Below are positions 47,768 to 58,718 of a stretch of 64,000 nucleotides of DNA, one piece after another (the first letter of the stretch is position 1; the number at the start of each line of letters is the position of its first letter). The stretch spans positions 10,514 through 74,513 of the forward strand of contig CAISJI010000159.1 of NCBI GenBank assembly GCA_903885565.1, read 5' to 3'. A program made the position numbers and the translations under genes. This DNA is from an uncultured Planctomycetaceae bacterium. GTDB taxonomy: Bacteria; Planctomycetota; Planctomycetia; Pirellulales; UBA1268. The notes under the pieces were generated by a model that saw only the letters and a list, made by a program, of their open reading frames with translations, made no database searches and was not told the DNA's origin.

Positions 47768-49624
47768 TCATTCCGTCAGGCCGCTGACAATCCCATGGGC
47801 GGCCCGTTCTATCTTTCGCTGCCGGTCTGACAGACGCCGCACGGCGTCGAGCAATTCCGGCTCATCCGCCTGCTCCGCCCCCTCGGTCAAGAGCTGGGAA
47901 AATCGCTTGGTGCGGGTATTCACCCGCATCTGCAGCGAGCGGATCATCTTCAGTTCGGACAGTTTGTCGACGAGCGGTTGCTCCCCCGGCTCGGCGGGGC
48001 GTCCGCCGGCCGCCCCCTTCTGCCGCGCCTGCTGCTGCCGCTGCGCCTTCTCAAGGGCCGCGAGCATCTCTTCCAGATTGGCCACGATGTCTTGAACGAT
48101 ACCGCGCGTCGTCGCCCCGGCATCCCCCCTGCCGAGCCGGCCTGCTGCCGCAGCGGCATCGTCGCGCACCTGCTCGAGGGCCTCGGGGATGGCCACGGCA
48201 GATCCGTCATCGCGCACCAGCGTCAGAGCCTTTGTGGCATCGAGGCCGACCGCTGCCTGCTCCCGTCCCAGCCTGACTGCCTCCAACTGCTGTTGCCGAT
48301 CTTCTGCAGGAGGCGGTTCGGCGGAGAGTTTTTCCACCCCGGCCAAGACTCCCTTTTCTACCCGCAACATCCCGCGCAGCCGGGCCTCGAGTTGCACCAG
48401 CAAGCGTTCCACTTCCTGCTCGCGCATCTGGCGCAGGATCTCCTCCAACTCGGCCCGCGCCGTTTCCAATTCCTCGATCGCCTTCTCCTGCTCCTTCCGC
48501 GCGTCGCGACGCTGCGATTTTTCAATTTTCTGCTCAGCCTCGCGCATCCGCTTCTCGGCCGCCTCCAAGCGGCTCTTGCTGCGCTTTGCCCGGGAGGATT
48601 CGTCGTCTCCCTCCGGCTGGTCGGCTGCTTCCGCCTCAGATGGCTCCGGCATCTCTTCAGCCGGCTGCTGGGGAGCAGCCTCCCCCTCGCTCCCTTCGCC
48701 GGCCCCTGCAGATTTCCCCGGCTGCCCGGCCGGGGCATCCCCCGGCGGCGTCTTGCCCCCTTCGCCCTGAGGCGCTGGGTCGCCACCCGCGGCCGGTTCT
48801 TTCGGTTTGTTTTCGCCAGCGGCTGGCGGGGTGTCGCCAGCGGGCGGCGCGTTGTCGTCAGCGTTCTGAGGCGCTGGGGCCGGCTGTTCTTCCGGTTTCT
48901 TCTCCCCCTGCGGCTGGCTGTCGGCAGGCTGGCCGCCTTCAGCGGCTTCGGGGGGGGCATCGGTCGCTTCCATCCGTTTGGAAAAACTCCCGATGTCCCG
49001 CGAGAGGCCGCTGGTCTCTTCGGCGAGCGCATCCTGCCGCTGTGCCAAGCCCTCCTCCTGAGCCCCCGACTCCGTCGATCCCTCAATGTCGCGTTGCCGC
49101 GCCATGATCTTGGAGAGCCGCGAGAGGAACTGCCGCACCTCTTCTTTGGTGTTGGCTAGCCGCCGGTCGGTGTCACCCGATTCGAGCAACTGGAGCAGTT
49201 CGCGCAGCCGGTCGAGTGTTGATGCCTGGGTGGTGCCCGCCTTGAGCAACTGCCCCTGTTCGAGCAACTGCACGATCGTATCGAGCCGGTTTCCCACCTC
49301 CTGGCTGCGGGCCTGCTCAAACACATTCCGCAACAGCGTCGCCCGGCGTGGATCGCTGGGAGCCAGCAGATCGGCCAAGCGCAGAAATGTGCGTTCCAAT
49401 TCGCGAAACTGATTGAGCAGCTCCTGCTCCCGCTGCGCTAAAACAGCCGGGGCGCCAGTGGCAGGAACCGCTGGCGCAGGCTCTTCAGCCAACGCGATCC
49501 CCAGTGCCCCAGGCGACACCATCGCCAACAGCACGAACAGGCTGTGGATCGAGTGCCCAGCGGCGGGGCGCCGGCCGCAGGTCGGGCGGGTCGATTTGGC
49601 TGGCGGGGGGAAGGAACGTGTCAT
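47768..49624 (-). CDS. Secreted coiled-coil protein with a long acidic Pro/Glu/Ala-rich disordered centre (618 aa)
   Basis: ATG 49624 overlaps the upstream TGA (ATGA). Signal-like SIHSLFVLLAMVSPGALGIALAEEP. Heptad-like helical stretches flank ~150 aa of E/P/A/G/Q low complexity. Confidence 0.55.
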   Translation of the reverse strand: MTRSFPPPAKSTRPTCGRRPAAGHSIHSLFVLLAMVSPGALGIALAEEPAPAVPATGAPAVLAQREQELLNQFRELERTFLRLADLLAPSDPRRATLLRNVFEQARSQEVGNRLDTIVQLLEQGQLLKAGTTQASTLDRLRELLQLLESGDTDRRLANTKEEVRQFLSRLSKIMARQRDIEGSTESGAQEEGLAQRQDALAEETSGLSRDIGSFSKRMEATDAPPEAAEGGQPADSQPQGEKKPEEQPAPAPQNADDNAPPAGDTPPAAGENKPKEPAAGGDPAPQGEGGKTPPGDAPAGQPGKSAGAGEGSEGEAAPQQPAEEMPEPSEAEAADQPEGDDESSRAKRSKSRLEAAEKRMREAEQKIEKSQRRDARKEQEKAIEELETARAELEEILRQMREQEVERLLVQLEARLRGMLRVEKGVLAGVEKLSAEPPPAEDRQQQLEAVRLGREQAAVGLDATKALTLVRDDGSAVAIPEALEQVRDDAAAAAGRLGRGDAGATTRGIVQDIVANLEEMLAALEKAQRQQQARQKGAAGGRPAEPGEQPLVDKLSELKMIRSLQMRVNTRTKRFSQLLTEGAEQADEPELLDAVRRLSDRQRKIERAAHGIVSGLTE

Positions 49625-51906
49625 GGTTGCTGCAGAGCCTCGCGGGCCCGCTGTTTCTGCCGTTTGAGCGTGTCGGCGCGAATTTCCTCCTGCGTGCGGA
49701 TCACGCCCCGCAGAAGTTCGATCACCTCGTTGAACGACTCCAGTTCCATCATCCTATCCAGAACCGCCCGCATGCGGGCGAGCACCTCATCGGTCTGCCG
49801 CAGCAGCCCCTCCCGGTCGAGCGGTCCCGCCCGCCGACTGGCGGCCAGAAGCGCGGGAAGCCCGGCAGAGGCGATCGATCCGAGCGGCTCGGCGATCTGC
49901 GTCACCACCCTGGTCTGGAGTTCGGGTGAGAGGAGTTGGTTGTTGTCGAGTTCGGTACGGATCAGGCGGAATGCCCCGGCGATCTCCCCCGTCTCGCCGG
50001 TCGCCCGCGCAGCCGCCTCGCCAACCTTGCCAGCCTGTGCAGCCACCACGGCGCCGGCCCCTTCAGGAGGCACACCAGCATCGTTCTCCGGGGCGGGAAC
50101 GCCTTCGCCGGCCAAGGCATTGCGAGCCTGCTGGAGATCTTCGATCACGCTCTCAAATCGGCGCCGCAGCAGCACCTCGCGGGCTTCCAGCATCGCCAGC
50201 AGCGCCTCGCTGGTCACCACCTGCAGCGTCCAGGTGTCGCTGGAGGATGTGTTGGGGAGTTGGTCGAGCGCACAGCCATCGGTGGCACTGACCACCAAGC
50301 CGAGTGTGCGCCCGGGAGCGAGCGCCAGCGGCTCAAGCCTGACAACCTCGGGTGCGTCGGCGGGGAGTTCCACCACCATGGCGCCGGTGGCAACGCGGCC
50401 AATCGGCAGGAGCGTTTCGTCTCCGTTGGCGACGCTGATGCGCACCGCCGCAGCGGCAAGGCCATGGTCGTCGCTGATCGCGCCCTCCAGCGGTATCCGG
50501 GCCTGCGGCGTGACCGCAGTGGAGATGCCCTGCATCTTCACCGCCACCTGCGGTACCTCATCGGGCACCGCCGTCAGCACAAATCCGATCGGCTCGCGGT
50601 TCTCCAGTCCATCGGTGTCGGTCAAACGGAGCACGAGTCCCCGTTCCCCTTCCACCCGCTCCAGCCGAGCGGCGATCTGCCGTGCCGTGGCGGGCGCTGG
50701 GGTGGTGGGAAGTGTGGCCAACGTCTCCTCGCGCCCGTCGGCAATTGCCAGCAGCGTGGCGGACGCGAGCGGCTTGGTTGCATGGCAGACGATCTCCACC
50801 GTGGAGCCCCGTGGCACCTGCACCAGCCGGGAGGGGGCAAGCGTGCGAACTCCCCCGCCGAGATAGGCTGGCAGCGTGGCGGTCAGTTCCACGCGTTCCA
50901 GGCTCGGCGCATCGACCACTTTGAGCAGCAGGCCGCGCAGCCGCGCGTCGCCGCCGCGCACCTCCAGCGTCAGATCCTCGCTGACCCCCTTGAGCAGATG
51001 GCCGAAAGCCTGCGCGCCATCGGCAACTCCACCGCGCATTCCCATCCGATCGGTGCGCCAGCCGCCTGCTCCACGGCAGCGGAGATCGACCATTTCGGGG
51101 ATCTCTCCGGCAGCAGCGGCGGTGACGATGACATCCACATCGCTCCCCCGCGCCACTTTTCGCACCCCGTCGGTGAAGCCCACCGCCTCCAGGCTGGTGC
51201 GCCGGGGCCAGGGCTCGTTCTGCGCCAACACCATCCGCCGCATCCAAAGATTGGCCACGGCTGGTCGCGCCAGCGCCAAACCGACCACACTGGCGACCGC
51301 AAGGGCTCCCGCCAAGGCCAGCATCACAAGCGACCGGCGGCGAAACAGGGCGTCGGGATCGACCCCGCCGACCACCGCCGCCGCCTCCTGGATCGTGGTC
51401 TCCAGCAACGTTCCGTCAACGCCCCCGCCAGGGCGGGATGAGAGCTCGATGGCAGTCGACAAACTGTCGCGAAACGCCGGATAGCGTCTCTCCAGCAGGG
51501 TCGCCAAAGAAGGATCTTCCAGCTTCGCCTGGAGCCGGCCGACCAGTTTGATTCCCACCAGCACAGCCAGCCCAAGAACCCCCCCCCACAACAGCGGCAC
51601 GCGCACCCCCTGCGGCGGCTCCACCAACCAATCCAGCAGCAACGTTCCCCAAAACAGCGCCGCCACGGCCAGCCCCAGCAGCGCCAGCGATTCCACCCAG
51701 ATCCAGTGGCGCGTGCGCCGGCGCAGGGTTTCAAGCAGACCCCGCAGTCGCTCCAAGGCGATGGACGCCGGGGCGGAGAGCGGGGCGGCGGCTGGTCGGT
51801 CGACGGCGGTGGCCAAGGCTCTGCTTTCGGTTGGGTGGGTGACGACACGCGTAGGAATCGGTTTCAGGCCAGCTTCACCAGGCGGCGCACAATCCACTCC
51901 AGGCAC
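49621..51906 (-). CDS. DUF4175-like double-TM envelope protein (761 aa)
   Basis: The N-terminal hairpin of two TM helices (WIWVESLALLGLAVAALFWGTLLLDWL, LLWGGVLGLAVLVGIKLV) is followed by YPAFRDSLSTAIELS, then a large beta-rich region and a C-terminal helical tail. The family call is tentative. The start overlaps the upstream gene by 43 nt. Confidence 0.55.
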   Translation of the reverse strand: MPGVDCAPPGEAGLKPIPTRVVTHPTESRALATAVDRPAAAPLSAPASIALERLRGLLETLRRRTRHWIWVESLALLGLAVAALFWGTLLLDWLVEPPQGVRVPLLWGGVLGLAVLVGIKLVGRLQAKLEDPSLATLLERRYPAFRDSLSTAIELSSRPGGGVDGTLLETTIQEAAAVVGGVDPDALFRRRSLVMLALAGALAVASVVGLALARPAVANLWMRRMVLAQNEPWPRRTSLEAVGFTDGVRKVARGSDVDVIVTAAAAGEIPEMVDLRCRGAGGWRTDRMGMRGGVADGAQAFGHLLKGVSEDLTLEVRGGDARLRGLLLKVVDAPSLERVELTATLPAYLGGGVRTLAPSRLVQVPRGSTVEIVCHATKPLASATLLAIADGREETLATLPTTPAPATARQIAARLERVEGERGLVLRLTDTDGLENREPIGFVLTAVPDEVPQVAVKMQGISTAVTPQARIPLEGAISDDHGLAAAAVRISVANGDETLLPIGRVATGAMVVELPADAPEVVRLEPLALAPGRTLGLVVSATDGCALDQLPNTSSSDTWTLQVVTSEALLAMLEAREVLLRRRFESVIEDLQQARNALAGEGVPAPENDAGVPPEGAGAVVAAQAGKVGEAAARATGETGEIAGAFRLIRTELDNNQLLSPELQTRVVTQIAEPLGSIASAGLPALLAASRRAGPLDREGLLRQTDEVLARMRAVLDRMMELESFNEVIELLRGVIRTQEEIRADTLKRQKQRAREALQQP

Positions 51907-54395
51907 AACAGGCCGACGCTCAGGCCCATCAGCAAGGCATTGAGGCGCCGCTTAAACGCTCCGTCGGGAGCGCCGGTTTCATATTCTCTTCGCGAGCGAT
52001 CGGGGATGCGGGCCGCCAAGGCCTGCGCCGCCTCGACCCCCCAGGGCTGTTCCTCGAGGAAGTGGGTCGCACCGCCGGTGAGCAGTGCCAGTCGTTCCAG
52101 CAGCCCGCGATCGAGCCGGGGGCGTTCCAGTTCGCGATCGGGCAGTTTGGCCTGCACGCGGCGCGACAGGGTGTCGCCGGAGCCGCCCCCCAGATCGACA
52201 TCGATCCGCCAGCCCCCCTCGCGGGCTGCCACGAACGACCCCTGCAACACGCCCGTCCGCCCCGGTTCCCCCGCCAGCGGCACCCGCACCACGGTCCCAT
52301 CGGGCCCCACCGCCATGCAGATCGGCTGCGGCGTGCCGGGGGCAGCGGCACTTGGATCGGTGTCTGGTCCCACAACCCGCACCACCACATTCGAACCAAC
52401 CGCAAAACGATCCCGCTCCACCAACAGCCTCGTGCGGCGGGCACCGCCGAGCAGCCGTCCCTGGGAGACATGCCGCAGCAGCTGGGTTGAGAGTCGCTCA
52501 AACAGCGAATCGTCGAGCGACCGCAGCCGCCATGTCTCTCCGCTCCCCAGAAAAAACACCGAACCCGAACCATAGAACTGGCTGGCCATGTAGATCAGGC
52601 CGCTGTCGGCTCCCACCTGCGCCGAGGGAGTGCCCGGCGGTGACACGCGGGCGTAGACGGTGGCCCCCGGCTTGGCAACGGAGGTGTCGAAGCAGGAGAA
52701 CACCCCCTTGAACCCGCTCCACACCGTCTGGCTGGCGATCCGGCTGGCGCCCAGCCAGAGGAATTCGGCCTCCTGCCCCTCGCGCGTAAACTGCAGCGGC
52801 ATCGGTTCCTCAAAGCCGGCCGGCTCATCCATGAGCACCTGATTGGCGCGGCGCAGCTCCACCGGATAGAGATTTCTCATGAGCGCTGTCTGCGGGTCGG
52901 CCAGCCAGGCATCCATGCAGATGCTGCCGGCCACCAGCACCAGCCCGCCCGATTCGCGCGACACCCAGCGTTCCAGCCGACTTTGAGCCGCAGGATCGAG
53001 CCGGCGCCAGTCGTAGTCAAAGGCGACTATTGAATCGTACGCGGCCAGCTCCTCAGCGGTGGCGGGAAAGGCATCGAGCACCCGGCGGGCATCCTGCGAG
53101 ACACCCGGCCCGGCCGTGCCCAGCAGCACGTCGACGGCAAAGCTCTTGTCGCGGTCGAGGACATTGCGCATGAACTGATACTCGCGAGTTGGCCCGCCAG
53201 CCAGCAGCAAAACCTGCGTCACCCGGTCAACCACTTCCACCTCGGCCGCCTGCAGGTTGTCGGCCGGCAGGCGATCGGCGGCAGGGGCGACCACGCGAAG
53301 CGCCAGTTGGCGTCGGCCGGTGGCCGTCAGGCCGGGCACTTCAAACCGCACGGCTGTCAGTTCGCCATTGCCGCCGAGCACGACTTCGGTCGAATCGATC
53401 ACCCGGCCCGGGCGCGTGCTGCCGGGCGGCACGGCGGCCTCAGTGGCTGCGCCGTCGGCCGGCGCCTCGGAAAGCTCCACCTTCACCGCCTGCCCCGCCA
53501 GACCCTGTGCCTGAAGATAGGCCGCCACGGAAAACCGATCGCCTGGATAGACGCGAGCGGGCACCAGCAGATCGGCGACGCGGACATTGGCCGGTAGATG
53601 ATCGGAGCCGATGCCGAGCGAAAAAATCGGCACGTTCGCCTTGGCCAACGCGGTGGCAGCCGCCGCGGGATCGATGCCGGCGTTGTTGGCGCCGTCGGAG
53701 AGGAGAATCACGCCGGCCAGGGCCCCAGTCGGTTCTTGATCGAGCACATGCCCGAGCGTCTCGCCCAGCCGCGTTTCAAAGCCCCGCGGCGCCAGCCGCT
53801 CCCGCCAGGCCGGAGGGGCGGCTGGTGACTCGGCGCTCGCCGCGGTCTCTGGGCCCCCCTCCCCCGCCGGGCTGCGGCTGCCGGTGGTGGCGGGCAAGAC
53901 CGTCAGCGACTCGGCGTCGGCATCAAACCGCCACACCGCCACCTCATGCGTGGGCGCAAGGGCCGTGAGCAAGCCCCCACTGTCGAGCACTTCCAGCGCC
54001 TGAGCCGCGCGGGAGGTGGAGGCATTCTGGATCGCGGGGTCGTCCTCGAGCGTCATGCTGGCACTGGAGTCGATGAGCAGAGCCACGCGGGAGGGAAACA
54101 CAATCTCATGCTCGCTGGTGCGTTCGAAATCGAGATAGGCCGCTGCCAGAGCCGCCAGCGCTCCCAGCCGCAGGGCGGCCAACAGCACGCCCATCCCGCG
54201 GGGCAGTTCCGCTGCATCCCGGCGGTACATCCAGAGCACAATTCCCACCACACCCGCCAGCGTCAGCACCAGCAGGGGCATCTGCCACCACTGCGAAAAG
54301 CCCTCGATCAGCCTGCTCTCGATACGGTGCTGCACCCGTTCGGCTGCGCCGAGCAGGGGCGACAAAGGCAGCAGACTGGAAAGGGGGTCGGTCAT
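51864..54395 (-). CDS. VWA-domain membrane protein (BatB-like) with a GATase1-like module and a C-terminal TM anchor (843 aa)
   Basis: ATG 54395. Two N-terminal TM helices. MIDAS-like VALLIDSSASM and GVILLSDGANNAG. YDSIVAFDYDWRRLDPAAQSRLERWVSRESGGLVLVAG. C-terminal LLMGLSVGLLCLEWIV. Confidence 0.65.
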   Translation of the reverse strand: MTDPLSSLLPLSPLLGAAERVQHRIESRLIEGFSQWWQMPLLVLTLAGVVGIVLWMYRRDAAELPRGMGVLLAALRLGALAALAAAYLDFERTSEHEIVFPSRVALLIDSSASMTLEDDPAIQNASTSRAAQALEVLDSGGLLTALAPTHEVAVWRFDADAESLTVLPATTGSRSPAGEGGPETAASAESPAAPPAWRERLAPRGFETRLGETLGHVLDQEPTGALAGVILLSDGANNAGIDPAAAATALAKANVPIFSLGIGSDHLPANVRVADLLVPARVYPGDRFSVAAYLQAQGLAGQAVKVELSEAPADGAATEAAVPPGSTRPGRVIDSTEVVLGGNGELTAVRFEVPGLTATGRRQLALRVVAPAADRLPADNLQAAEVEVVDRVTQVLLLAGGPTREYQFMRNVLDRDKSFAVDVLLGTAGPGVSQDARRVLDAFPATAEELAAYDSIVAFDYDWRRLDPAAQSRLERWVSRESGGLVLVAGSICMDAWLADPQTALMRNLYPVELRRANQVLMDEPAGFEEPMPLQFTREGQEAEFLWLGASRIASQTVWSGFKGVFSCFDTSVAKPGATVYARVSPPGTPSAQVGADSGLIYMASQFYGSGSVFFLGSGETWRLRSLDDSLFERLSTQLLRHVSQGRLLGGARRTRLLVERDRFAVGSNVVVRVVGPDTDPSAAAPGTPQPICMAVGPDGTVVRVPLAGEPGRTGVLQGSFVAAREGGWRIDVDLGGGSGDTLSRRVQAKLPDRELERPRLDRGLLERLALLTGGATHFLEEQPWGVEAAQALAARIPDRSRREYETGAPDGAFKRRLNALLMGLSVGLLCLEWIVRRLVKLA

Positions 54396-54428
54396 GGAAG
54401 TGGACAGCGTCCGGGGGGCCGGGGGAGA

Positions 54429-56729
54429 TCAGGCAGAGCGCGGCTGGCGAACTGTGGGATGGTAACTGGAGGAGTAGGCGAGCAACTGTTCCAGCAGCAG
54501 CACTCCCAACAACCCCAGCAGCAGTGGGGTCACCAGAGAGACACCCGCCAAAGACTGCGTATCGGGCTGCAGGGCCGCGGCATTCTCATACGTGAAGGGG
54601 ACGCCTGCCAGTGTGCGATCCAGCCGCTCCCGACCGATGCGCTCCAGCCGCCCTTCGTCGGGAGCAACATTCACGGCGAAGAGCCGCTCCCGTTGGGTGC
54701 CGTCGGCCCGCTGCCACCGGGCGGCATAGGCTCCTGGAGCATCTGCGGCGGGCAAGCGGGCCGCCAAGCTCCCGGTCTGATCAACGCTGGCTGTCTGATG
54801 CACGACTGTGCCATCCGGGGGAATGACAAAGTCGACTTCGATCCCATCGACGGCGGCGTCCAACGGCACCCGTACCGCCGCACCAACTTCCAGCGACTCC
54901 GCCTTGCGGCGCGCGCTGGCCAGATGGCTCTCCAATTCGAGCATCACCACAACCCAGCTCGGATTGCCGCGTGCCCAGGTATTCCACTCCGGCGCCGCCG
55001 TGGTCAGCACCACCACCACCATGCCGGCCCCAAAGGCCCGCTCGAGCACCAGCGGCGCTCCGGTGCGCAGCGAGAGCAGGCGGCGCAGCCCCCCTTCGAC
55101 GGCTGTCTCACTGCCGCGCTCCACTGCCATGTAGCGATCGATGCGCACGGCATCGAGGAGCGGGTTGCGCTGTCCGGCCAGAACGGCAACGACCGGATGC
55201 TCTTCCACGACGACATCCGGAGCCTGCGCGGCCGCATCGGGAAGCAGATCGACCGCCCCGGCCAGCGGCACGGGAAAAAGCCCCTTGCCGTCCCGCACAA
55301 GACTGCGATTGACGAGCTCCGGCTTGGTGCGCGGGCCGACGAAAAAGACCACCCCGCCGCCACCGCTGGCAAAGGCCTCCAGGGCCGCCACCTCCGCCGG
55401 ATCGAGGCGCTCGACATCGAGCAGCCAGATGCAGTCGAACGATTTCAGATCGAGCGTGGTCAGACTCCGCGCAGGCTCCACGCGAGGCCGCAGGCCGGTG
55501 GTGGCGCCCGCCCCGGGGGCCAAAGCGGCAGCCAGATAAAAGGCATCTCCCGTGCGGGCCGCTGCCCGCACCTCTCCGGCGGCTCCGAGCGCACCGTCGA
55601 TCAACAGCACATCGACCCGATCGACCACATCGATCACCGCCGTGCGTGCGTTATCGACAGCCACCGCATCGGCTGGAATGCGGGCCTCCACCACATGGCT
55701 CCCGGTCTGTGGAAAGCGCACGCCGATCCGCTGCGTGGCCACACCGCCGGCAGGGATCTGCTGGATCCGGACCCCCGGCCGCTCTGCCCCATCCTCGCGG
55801 AGCGCCACCGCCACATCGGCCACCGGCCGGTCCGACTGATTGCGCACCGCCACCTCCAGCGGCACAAGCACGCCGGTAGCCGGCACTCCGCCGGCCACTT
55901 CCAGCCGCTCAATCGTGAGATTGCCCGATGGACGACCGCCTTGCGCTCCAGCCGTGGCATCGAGGGCACAGTCGACGAGGCGAATCTCCGCACCTTCCGC
56001 TGTAAGTTCGCGCAAGAGCGCCGCAGTGTCGTCGGCAGTTTTCCATTGGCCCGCGCGAAAATCACTCACCACCCACACCACGCGGGCCGACTTCGCCCCC
56101 GAACCGGCGCCGAAGAGTTCGGCTGCGGCCGTGACTGGCTCGCGGGGCCCGGTATCGTGCGCGGAGGGGGCCCAGCTCGCCAGTTCGTCGCGGATCTGCT
56201 GCATCACCGTCGGCGTCGCCGGGCGGCGGGGAATGTCAAACTTGGGCGCTGCCGCGCCGCTGGGATCGGCGGCTGCCAGCCGGGAAAACCGGCCGACGGC
56301 CAGTTCCTGCACGCCACTGGCGGCAGCCAGTTCACTGCAGATCCGCTCCACCACCTGCCGGCCACGGTCAAAGGCGGTGGCCTCCTCGCCACCGGCCTCT
56401 CCCGTGCGGTCGCTCATTGAGTAGCTGTCGTCAAGCAACACCACATGCGTGGTGCGTGCCCCGCCGAGCAGTTGTCCAAGCGCGCTCGTCCAGCGCGGCT
56501 GGGCCATCGCCAGCACCACACCAATCACCGCAGCCACTCGCAACAATAAGAGCAGAATCTGCTTGAGTAACACACGGGTGCGGTAGCGCTTCTGGCTGGC
56601 CAGGAGAAATTCCATCGCCGCCCACGGCACCCGGCGATGGCGCAGCAGATTGATGAGGTGGATCACCACGGGGGCCGCGGCGAGAGGCAGCCCCCACCAC
56701 AACAGCGGCAGGAAATCGAATGTCGGCAT
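54429..56729 (-). CDS. BatA-N (aerotolerance regulator N-terminal, double-TM) / VWA-like protein (766 aa)
   Basis: ATG 56729 with GAGGA upstream. MPTFDFLPLLWWGLPLAAAPVVIHLINLLRHRRVPWAAMEFL is the canonical BatA_N/TIGR02226 N-terminus. VVLLDDSYSMSD is a DxSxS motif. FDCIWLLDVERLDPAEVAALEAFASGGGGVVFFVG is a GATase1-like module. Confidence 0.7.
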   Translation of the reverse strand: MPTFDFLPLLWWGLPLAAAPVVIHLINLLRHRRVPWAAMEFLLASQKRYRTRVLLKQILLLLLRVAAVIGVVLAMAQPRWTSALGQLLGGARTTHVVLLDDSYSMSDRTGEAGGEEATAFDRGRQVVERICSELAAASGVQELAVGRFSRLAAADPSGAAAPKFDIPRRPATPTVMQQIRDELASWAPSAHDTGPREPVTAAAELFGAGSGAKSARVVWVVSDFRAGQWKTADDTAALLRELTAEGAEIRLVDCALDATAGAQGGRPSGNLTIERLEVAGGVPATGVLVPLEVAVRNQSDRPVADVAVALREDGAERPGVRIQQIPAGGVATQRIGVRFPQTGSHVVEARIPADAVAVDNARTAVIDVVDRVDVLLIDGALGAAGEVRAAARTGDAFYLAAALAPGAGATTGLRPRVEPARSLTTLDLKSFDCIWLLDVERLDPAEVAALEAFASGGGGVVFFVGPRTKPELVNRSLVRDGKGLFPVPLAGAVDLLPDAAAQAPDVVVEEHPVVAVLAGQRNPLLDAVRIDRYMAVERGSETAVEGGLRRLLSLRTGAPLVLERAFGAGMVVVVLTTAAPEWNTWARGNPSWVVVMLELESHLASARRKAESLEVGAAVRVPLDAAVDGIEVDFVIPPDGTVVHQTASVDQTGSLAARLPAADAPGAYAARWQRADGTQRERLFAVNVAPDEGRLERIGRERLDRTLAGVPFTYENAAALQPDTQSLAGVSLVTPLLLGLLGVLLLEQLLAYSSSYHPTVRQPRSA

Positions 56730-57621
56730 GGCGGAAATCCTCGGCTACACGGCCATGCTGGAGCGGCGGGACAAAAATTGAACCAGCGCCGCATCGACCG
56801 GCTCGCCGGTGCGGATCAGGGAATAGTCGCAGGAGGCGGCCGCACACCGCCGCCGGGCCTCGGCGAGGAAGGCCTCCAAGGCTGCCAGATATCCTGCCCG
56901 CAGCGCCCGGGGATTGCAGGCGAGGTGATCGGGGATTTCCAGCCCTTCAAACCGGGTGGGGCCATCGAACGGAAAGGTGAGTTCGTCGTCATCCATCACG
57001 TGCAGGAGCACGAGATCGTGGCCGCGTTTCCGCAGCAGTTGCATCCCCTGAAACATTCCCTCCCGATCGCCGAGCAGATCGGAGATGAGAACCACCAACC
57101 CGCGCCGCGGGAGCGTCTCCGAGAGCGTCTTGAGCACCGGCAGAAAGGCTGTGGCCCGCCCCTTGCTCGCCTCTCCCCGCACCGTTTCGAGCACCTCGAC
57201 AACGCTCGCCAGCTGCGAGCGCTTCGTGCGGGCCGGCACCGCCGCACGCACCTGGCTGTCAAATACTGCGCAGCCGGCAGCATCACCGTGCGACAGCGCC
57301 AGCCAAGCGAGGCTCGCCGCCAGGGTGGCGGCATATTCATACTTCGACAGGCTTCCCGACTTGTAGTCCATGCTCGAAGAGGCATCGACCACCAGCGCCA
57401 GCCGCAGGCTGGTCTCCTCCTCAAATTCCTTGACGTACAGCCTGTCCTGCCGGGCCCACACCTTCCAGTCGACCCGGCGCAGATCATCCCCGCGGACATA
57501 CTCCCGGTGTTGGAGAAATTCCACCGACTGCCCCTTGTAGGGGCTCTTGTGCAATCCGGCGAGCACCCCTTCCACGACAGCCCTGGCACGCAGCTCGAGC
57601 CGCGTGATGCGGGCAATCGCC

Positions 57622-58668
<1,047 letters not shown>

Positions 58669-58718
58669 AAAAGCTCCGGGTGGGGCGGACGGACGACGGC
58701 GGCGGACAGGTTTGCCGC

